From positions 30,001 through 62,000 of the forward strand of contig NZ_CP147990.1 of assembly GCF_037902255.1 (NCBI RefSeq): a DNA stretch of 32,000 nucleotides. Reading direction: 5' to 3'. The notes under the pieces were generated by a model that ran no database searches, had not been told where the DNA came from, and saw nothing but the letters and a program-made list of their open reading frames with translations. Positions 8,201 to 13,463 of the stretch are shown piece by piece (positions within the stretch are counted from its first letter, which is position 1; every line of letters begins with the position of its first letter). A program made the translations under genes and the position numbers. The DNA comes from Candidatus Electrothrix sp. GW3-4 (GTDB lineage: Bacteria > Desulfobacterota > Desulfobulbia > Desulfobulbales > Desulfobulbaceae).

Positions 8201-9441
8201 CAAGGGAATATTTTAATAGCATACGGAACTTTTTAAATTTAGCTGCATCAGTGATGCTGGCAAATGCCTTTCTTGGCAAAGCTGATACTTCTCAGAGACG
8301 TTTTGTTAAGCACCAACTTCAAGAATCAAACATTAAAATCACCAAACCTCTACTTCCCGTATTCAATCTGGCAGATTCCATAAAAAATCTTCCGCAATTT
8401 CAAACCTCCTTCCGAAAGCATTTTTCTCGCCTGATAGACAGTGAAGCACTTTCTCAGCTGGAACAGAAAGAGCGTGCAACGCTCCATTCCTTATGGCCTT
8501 TGTGGTTTTGCTTTGAGACAACCCCAAGCCGCCGAATGGCTGTTCCAGGAAAGACTGCATCAGATCAACTGGAACGGCGAAAAAAGGCTCTTCGGAGCAA
8601 GCTGTTCAAAGCGTTGGAAAAGGCTTCAACAGAGAGTCTTCAGTTCAATATTCTGGGCGATTCTGTTGAATTCGACAGCAAACCTGCGCTGTGGATAACG
8701 ATAGACGGTGAGAATCCATTTGAAGTCTATACGCAAACAGAGCAGCTTTATAAGCTGCTACGAAGTTCTTGGGGTGAGATCAAACTGCACTCACTTGATC
8801 ATTTTTCCTTGGAATTTCAATGGCGGAAGATTATTCTTGTGCCGATGTGCAAAGGAAAGCTCCTGGAAGCTCAGGCATGGATTATCTCAATCTATAAATT
8901 CATCAACGAGTTGGGCGGTGACCAGGGTTTGGCTGCTTACAACTTGATTCCTCAGCAAATTGAGCAGGAGGCTCTGGAGGCTTTAGGACTGAAAGTCTGG
9001 GAACCAGCATTGCTCAATGATGCGAAGCTGTTCCTTCAAAGTGCAGCAACATTGCAGGTGCGCCTTCGGCATTTGGTGCAAATGGGAGATATGCCGGATT
9101 CGGATGATACCGGAAGCGAGATCGTGCAGTCTTGGTTTGAGAAAACACAGGGAGCTGGAAGTCAGGAGTTGCAGCAACTATTTGATAAATCCAACCTGCT
9201 TATATCGGCGCATAATCAGCTCGTAAATGGAGAGGAAGAAACATATGCAAACGAATATTTACAGGTTGCTTATGAACAGTTAATGGAGGTTTACAATCAA
9301 TTTTTTCCTGAAGAACTGGAAGATGGCAAAGTTCATCTGACTCATGAAGCTATGAAAAAGTGGCAGGTACAGCTTTTGTCTGTTCAAGGTACTGTGTTCG
9401 TTATCTATTTATACTGGTGCGGATATGCTATTAATCGCTAA
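5239..9441 (+). CDS. Cap4/DUF4297-like PD-(D/E)xK nuclease + STAND-type P-loop NTPase + ~950-aa C-terminal region with no recognised motif (Avs/NLR-like)
   Basis: 1400-aa ORF starting at TTG 5239 or in-frame GTG 5254. The N-terminus reads TGGIPALRGFRKQF...ESLEDFAARDSAGKLTEIVQVKDY (GF..Q, ED, QxK). Walker A is GASGQGKS (aa 272-279, nt 6052-6075). Walker B is VTFYVDAS (D326). CLVSIRE fits an hhhSxR STAND motif. Confidence 0.85.
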   Translation: MTAKEVHVNQTTGGIPALRGFRKQFLHTLNSILSSETGQFCPESLEDFAARDSAGKLTEIVQVKDYKAKLIFSELKTFFERAADYIKRYPDVQIVLASYGELGPELQKYIGADEAVLKKSKKFNTPELLKVFQRLKHRPLNEEKELSSIKEQLTQFPLTTGDLETTFDLLMQELYRGAEQEKGYTRQDLLERLQKIGQYLAARGALHREWGTSIIPLLDQEIDDREQLRKAFHEGVSVGWRHILSDLDVKRQQHLNTIQEGFKKTNIVIVHGASGQGKSALAYRYLHDYCPASSRYEIRDLSTSKRALEVAAALAGYGIPVTFYVDASHNDKGLAEFLRSISEMKHISCLVSIREEDWRLTDITSADIIFADVELVFNREEAQALYAAWEDERGSRFPDFEQAWAKFLEDGPLLEFVHLLTHTENLRHRLQKQYDQIADEVDCQQRSENDLKLIRQVAVAGACGARIDLAKLAKLPGNTTLKRSIDLLEKEYLLRLSGDSRHLTGLHPVRSEILASIIADPVLCPWETLALDCLPLLEDADIEIFLLHIFRFHSKATSAVLAYLNTAKYETWLAANGVLRALLWLGIYEYIQNNAKLIKQVYDKVGHGWFAVLDFVDFVGVLDKPLGILDSIEEGRKQTEQWQREQLPKSQVFTRIDEWLQQVMLPSIPDYGKENDWNEFGQVTYWTGFRKINKRIEKLIDWNALCQTVETLPIETTAVLLYGLWQALSNTDAFIQWYEGIRPTLLDRYRKETNTPYIEEQDGIIRAYFIAPLDDEKREEEAAQEHSVVYLHDDTGDSSSDETEPFHALAMHHVDLLAQLVPDCAGYGCQGYGHQVLDIEYPYDETTKTNISASYLKPSWVVYVNNTARILGSHRFRPATWQDYSNQMFAVRNDVVSTLDELHRHLVKHFRRKDVVQELSKLSDTEEWKKTARQVMNRPSFPVESLDQFGYTEERLKDISTAKDHESRKTETIISAYLQQYQPYLKATREYFNSIRNFLNLAASVMLANAFLGKADTSQRRFVKHQLQESNIKITKPLLPVFNLADSIKNLPQFQTSFRKHFSRLIDSEALSQLEQKERATLHSLWPLWFCFETTPSRRMAVPGKTASDQLERRKKALRSKLFKALEKASTESLQFNILGDSVEFDSKPALWITIDGENPFEVYTQTEQLYKLLRSSWGEIKLHSLDHFSLEFQWRKIILVPMCKGKLLEAQAWIISIYKFINELGGDQGLAAYNLIPQQIEQEALEALGLKVWEPALLNDAKLFLQSAATLQVRLRHLVQMGDMPDSDDTGSEIVQSWFEKTQGAGSQELQQLFDKSNLLISAHNQLVNGEEETYANEYLQVAYEQLMEVYNQFFPEELEDGKVHLTHEAMKKWQVQLLSVQGTVFVIYLYWCGYAINR

Positions 9442-9483
9442 GATTATAGAGCCCATCAGGTTCGAAAAAAGGAGGAAATCAAC

Positions 9484-9525
9484 ATGAAATGTTCCTTAAA
9501 AACACCGAAAGGAGTAGTGCTATGA
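9484..9525 (+). CDS. 13-codon upstream ORF (MKCSLKTPKGVVL) coupled to the cytochrome c start
   Basis: GGAGGA at 9471-9476 lies 7 nt upstream of ATG 9484. Its TGA (9523-9525) overlaps ATG 9522 of the cytochrome gene as ATGA. Confidence 0.3.
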   Translation: MKCSLKTPKGVVL

Positions 9526-9899
9526 AAAAAGTTATTCCAATCTGTTTGTTTTCTCTTTTCTTCCTGAACAGCGCTCAGGCAGAGGAGTCCCTGGAAAGAG
9601 GCAAGAAAATTGTTGAGTCTCAGTGCGTTGTTTGTCATGATCTGACACCGGCAAAGAAAAACAATGTCGGGCCGTACCTGTTCGGTGTTGTCGGGCGGGT
9701 AGCCGGAACAGCTGAAGAGTATATTTACTCAAATGAGTTTGAGAAAGAAACGCAGCGTGCTGTCTGGGATAAGGAACAACTTGATACGTATCTCAAAAAC
9801 CCCAAAGAGTTCATTCCCGGAACAAAGATGGAATTTATCGGCGTGAAAAACGATCAGGATCGGGTTGACATTATCAGTTATCTGTCCACATTGAAATAA
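9522..9899 (+). CDS. Class I (mitochondrial/c2-type) cytochrome c, secreted
   Basis: Signal peptide MKKVIPICLFSLFFLNSAQA. Haem-binding motif CVVCH. GPYLFGVVGR and NPKEFIPGTKMEFIG (Met ligand) are classic cytochrome c/c2 motifs. GGAG lies 7 nt upstream of ATG 9522; the frame is also open from ATG 9489. Confidence 0.85.
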   Translation: MKKVIPICLFSLFFLNSAQAEESLERGKKIVESQCVVCHDLTPAKKNNVGPYLFGVVGRVAGTAEEYIYSNEFEKETQRAVWDKEQLDTYLKNPKEFIPGTKMEFIGVKNDQDRVDIISYLSTLK

Positions 9900-9954
9900 A
9901 AGGAAGGGAAACAGATGAGACAAGCATGCCTGGAAATCCACCCGACCTTGTCCA

Positions 9955-11457
9955 GTGAGTAAGCAATCCCAGACACCGCAATACCTGGCCGCCGTCGATC
10001 TCGGCTCTAACAGCTTCCACATGGTCGTGGCCCGGATCGAAGACGGTCATATCCACATCCTGGACAAGCTGAAGGAGATGGTGCGCCTTGGTGCCGGACT
10101 TGATAAGCAGAATCGGCTCTCCAAAGAGGCCCGTCAACGCGCCCTTGCCTGTCTTCACCGCTTTGGCGAGCGGGTGCGCAATTTTCCTCCGGGAACCGTG
10201 GCTGCTGTGGGCACCAAGACCCTGCGCCAGGCCAGAAAGTCCCGCCGCTTTGTGGAAAAGGCCAGTCAGGCCCTGGGACACCCTATTTCCGTTATCGGCG
10301 GTAAAGAGGAAGCCCGTTTAGTCTATCTCGGGGTTTCCCATTCCCTGGTTGCCGAAGAGGGAAGACGTTTTGTCATGGATATCGGCGGCGGCAGTACCGA
10401 GCTGATTCTCGGCGAAAATTTTGAGCCCCTGCACCTGCGCAGCCTCAATATGGGCTGTGTCAGTATGAGTCTCAAGGTTTTTCGCAACGGGGATTTGAGC
10501 AAGAACGCCTGGGCCCAGGCCAAGACCGCTGCCCATCTGGAGCTCCGTCCGGTCCGGCGGTATTTTCAAAGAGCGGATTGGGCCTCAGCTGCCGGGGCCT
10601 CGGGCACCATCAAGACGGTGGGGAGTATTGTTCAGGCCCTGGAGCTCAGCCCCTATCATATCACCTTGGACAGTCTCTACGAAATACGGGAGCGAATGAT
10701 TGCCGCAGGCCATCTGGATAAGCTGGATTTGCCCGGTCTGAAGGCGGAACGAAAACCGGTGATCGCTGGCGGCCTGGCAGTGCTTATGGCCACCTTTGAG
10801 GCCCTGCGCATCAAGACCATGCAGGTCTCTGATGGGGCCCTGCGGGAAGGCCTGCTCTATGAACGGCTGGGCCGGAGCCAGAGTGAAGACACCCGCCTGA
10901 AGACCATCGCAACGGTACAGCAGCGTTTTCAGATCAGCACCAGGCATGCAAAACGGATTAATCGGACAGCCCATCACCTGTTCAGCGTCTGTGAAGAGGC
11001 CTGGGAGCTCCAACCCGAGGATGCAGAGCTCCTCTACTGGGCTGGCAGTCTTCACGAGATTGGCCTTGCTGTCTCCCTGAGCGGCTACCAGAAGCACGGG
11101 GCCTACCTGCTGGACCATGCCGACCTGCCCGGATTTTCCTATGAAGAGCAGGATGGGATGAGTGTGCTGGTGCGCTGTCATCGCAAGAAGATAGCAAAGG
11201 GGCTCTTGCGCAAGATACCGGCAGCCAAGCGGGCAACTCTCCTGCGCCTTGCCGTCCTGCTGCGCCTTGCCACCCTGCTCCACCGTTCCCGTAAGGATGA
11301 GACCGCCATCATCAAGGAGGTCGTTGCCCAGGCAGATGGTCTCTCTCTTTGTTTTGCCGAGGGTGAGCTGGACCGCCATCCCCTCCAGCTTGTTAGTCTC
11401 CAGCAAGAGGCGATCTATTTACAGAATGTGCATTTTATCCTGAGATTTTCTTCATGA
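9955..11457 (+). CDS. ppx: Exopolyphosphatase / guanosine pentaphosphate phosphohydrolase (Ppx/GppA family)
   Basis: AAVDLGSNSFHMVVARI and DIGGGSTEL are ASKHA-fold phosphate motifs. A C-terminal helical HD-like region is present (LHEIGLAVS). 500 aa, the typical length. Confidence 0.9.
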   Translation: MSKQSQTPQYLAAVDLGSNSFHMVVARIEDGHIHILDKLKEMVRLGAGLDKQNRLSKEARQRALACLHRFGERVRNFPPGTVAAVGTKTLRQARKSRRFVEKASQALGHPISVIGGKEEARLVYLGVSHSLVAEEGRRFVMDIGGGSTELILGENFEPLHLRSLNMGCVSMSLKVFRNGDLSKNAWAQAKTAAHLELRPVRRYFQRADWASAAGASGTIKTVGSIVQALELSPYHITLDSLYEIRERMIAAGHLDKLDLPGLKAERKPVIAGGLAVLMATFEALRIKTMQVSDGALREGLLYERLGRSQSEDTRLKTIATVQQRFQISTRHAKRINRTAHHLFSVCEEAWELQPEDAELLYWAGSLHEIGLAVSLSGYQKHGAYLLDHADLPGFSYEEQDGMSVLVRCHRKKIAKGLLRKIPAAKRATLLRLAVLLRLATLLHRSRKDETAIIKEVVAQADGLSLCFAEGELDRHPLQLVSLQQEAIYLQNVHFILRFSS

Positions 11458-12881
11458 CAGTGTTAGATGAACAAGAAGTGAGTGTGGTAACCCGAAACGA
11501 GAAGGCTGCAACCGGCTGCCTTGTCATTGCCGGGTTGAGCGGCGGCTCTGGGAAATCCGTGGCCTCTGTGGCCCTGACCGCGGCCCTGCGGCGCCGTGGA
11601 TATGCTGTGGTGCCCTTTAAAAAAGGACCGGATTATATCGATGCGGGCTGGATGACCACCGCAGCCGGGCGTCCTTGCTATAACCTGGATCCTTACCTTA
11701 TGTCTGAGGAGGCTATTGTTCATTCTTTTCAGCAACAGGCTATTGGTGCTGATTTTGCCCTGATTGAGGGGAACCGGGGCCTCTATGACGGGGTGACCGC
11801 AGAGGGCGGCTTCTCCACCGCTGAGCTGGCTGTGCAGTTGGATCTGCCGGTCCTGTTGGTGGTGAATTGCAGCAAGACCACCCGGACCGTTGCGGCCCTG
11901 GTGCTGGGGTGTCGGGAGCTGGATAAACGGGTGCGCATTGCCGGGGTCATCCTTAACCAGATCGCCACCCCTCGTCATGAGCGGATTATCACCGAGTCGG
12001 TGGAGAAATATACCGGTGTCCCGGTGGTGGGCATTATCCCACGTATGAAGACGGATATCTTTCCCATGCGTCATCTCGGGGTCACCCCGCAGCAGGAGTA
12101 CGGAGCAGCAGAGACTGATGCGGCTGTGGACCGCTTGGCAGCTCTTGCGGAGGAGCATTTTGCTCTGGAGCGGATCTCCGCTCTGATGGAGCGAAGAAAT
12201 TTGAGCACCACCCCTTCAGCTCAACAGCCCGGAGGAGCAGGGAAAGTTGAACCGGTCAAGATAGGTGTCCTGCGGGATGCAGCCTTTCAGTTTTATTACC
12301 AGGAAAACCTGGATGCCCTGCAAGAGGGCGGGGCGGAGCTGGTCATGATCAACGCCCTGACCGCTGAGGCCCTGCCTGCTGATCTGGATGCCCTGTACAT
12401 TGGCGGTGGTTTCCCGGAGACCAGTGCCCGGCAGCTGGCCGATAATGTCTCCTTCCGGGATTCCGTGCGTCAGGCAGCAGAACAAGGGCTGCCCATGTAC
12501 GCGGAATGCGGTGGTCTGATCTTTCTTGGTCGCTCCATTATTCTTGAGGGTGATGAATATCCCCTTGCCGGGGTCTTCCCGGTGACCTTCAGTATGTCAA
12601 GCAAGCCCCAGGCCCATGGGTATTCTACTTTTATCGTTGATCGAGAAAACCCGTTTTACTCGCTGGGTACAGAGGTGAAGGGACATGAGTTTCGCTATTC
12701 GGTGGTGAAAAGCTGGGATGGCGGGCCTGAAGAGCTGGCCTTGCGGATGGAGCGGGGCACTGGTTTTCAGGGGAAGCGCGATGGCCTGGTGAAGAAGAAT
12801 GTCCTGGCCCTGTACACTCATGTCCTTGCGCCGGGGACCCCGGAGTGGGCAGCGGGGCTGCTGCGGGCGGCAGCCGGATAG
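11454..12881 (+). CDS. cbiA: Cobyrinate a,c-diamide synthase family amidase (CbiA/CobB; a DsrN-type siroheme amidase paralogue is not excluded)
   Basis: GLSGGSGKSVASVAL and KKGPDYIDAGW form the N-terminal ATP-binding domain. YAECGGLIFLG is the C-terminal glutamine amidotransferase nucleophile region. The start overlaps the ppx stop (ATGA). Confidence 0.85.
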   Translation: MTVLDEQEVSVVTRNEKAATGCLVIAGLSGGSGKSVASVALTAALRRRGYAVVPFKKGPDYIDAGWMTTAAGRPCYNLDPYLMSEEAIVHSFQQQAIGADFALIEGNRGLYDGVTAEGGFSTAELAVQLDLPVLLVVNCSKTTRTVAALVLGCRELDKRVRIAGVILNQIATPRHERIITESVEKYTGVPVVGIIPRMKTDIFPMRHLGVTPQQEYGAAETDAAVDRLAALAEEHFALERISALMERRNLSTTPSAQQPGGAGKVEPVKIGVLRDAAFQFYYQENLDALQEGGAELVMINALTAEALPADLDALYIGGGFPETSARQLADNVSFRDSVRQAAEQGLPMYAECGGLIFLGRSIILEGDEYPLAGVFPVTFSMSSKPQAHGYSTFIVDRENPFYSLGTEVKGHEFRYSVVKSWDGGPEELALRMERGTGFQGKRDGLVKKNVLALYTHVLAPGTPEWAAGLLRAAAG

Positions 12882-13017
12882 ACAAGGCTGTCAAAGTCAG
12901 AAGAGAAAGAAAAATAAATCTGTCCTCCTTTTCCCTTACGCCGGTAGCGCAGCCCAAAATTCTGTTCAAGGAACAGCTTCCAACGCACCTTTTACAGGGA
13001 CAACTCCCGCGGAGGCG

Positions 13018-13041
13018 ACCGGCAACAACCTTTTTGCCGGT
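13018..13041 (+). terminator. Hairpin downstream of cbiA (weak terminator candidate)
   Basis: ACCGGCAA-CAACCTTT-TTGCCGGT forms an 8-bp stem. It is followed by AT-rich sequence rather than a clean T-run, and it directly abuts the 21-bp repeat array. Confidence 0.3.
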
Positions 13042-13052
13042 TCAATTAAAGC

Positions 13053-13325
13053 GATTCACACTTCAATCAGGACGATTTCAATTTAAATCAGGTCAATTGA
13101 AACTTCAATCAAGGCGATTTAAATTGAAATCAGACCAATTTAAATTTGAATCAGAGTGATTTAAACTTAAATCAAGACGATTCACACTTCAATCAAGGCA
13201 ATTTCAATTGAAATTGGATCAATTCACACTTCAATCGAGCCGATTTAAATATGAATCAGGGCAATTTAAATGTAAATCATCCCGATTCGCACTTCAATCA
13301 GGACGATTTAAATATACATTTATTG
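13053..13325. repeat. Tandem array of 12 full + 1 partial 21-bp units, each a 16-bp imperfect palindrome plus 5-bp spacer
   Basis: Unit starts are at 13053+21n with no phase slip. Consensus RATTYAAAYTTRAATCAGGRC, with invariant ATT...AATC half-sites. Examples: GATTCACACTTCAATCAGGAC, GATTTAAATTGAAATCAGACC. Confidence 0.9.
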
Positions 13326-13463
13326 AAGGAAAATTAATAAATATTGAATAGATGCTTGTGTCGAAACGCCTGTAGGCCGCAGCTCAGACATAAAAACAAA
13401 CATCAGAGCAAGGAGGGTTTTTTCCTGCAAAACCGGACCTGAAGAATAAAGGGACTTCTTGTC

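Noticed and set aside
9455-9475. GGTTCGAA motif resembling a tRNA T-loop (possible tRNA or att remnant after the STAND gene)
   Set aside because: There is no complementary T-stem, acceptor stem or anticodon arm around it. It is most likely a chance match.
10585-11406. 273-aa minus-strand ORF
   Set aside because: It lies antisense to ppx/gppA and has no recognisable motifs.
12845-13159. 104-aa ORF ending in a heptad-like RFTLQSG RFQFKSG QLKLQSR pattern
   Set aside because: The periodicity is simply the 21-bp DNA repeat read as 7 codons. The frame hits a stop inside the array, there is no RBS, and the upstream part overlaps the cbiA 3' end.
13053-13325. CRISPR array interpretation of the 21-bp array (and of the 42-bp array at 29874-30140)
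   Set aside because: There are no unique spacers, because the whole period is repeated. The unit sizes and structure do not fit repeat-spacer organisation, and no cas genes are nearby.
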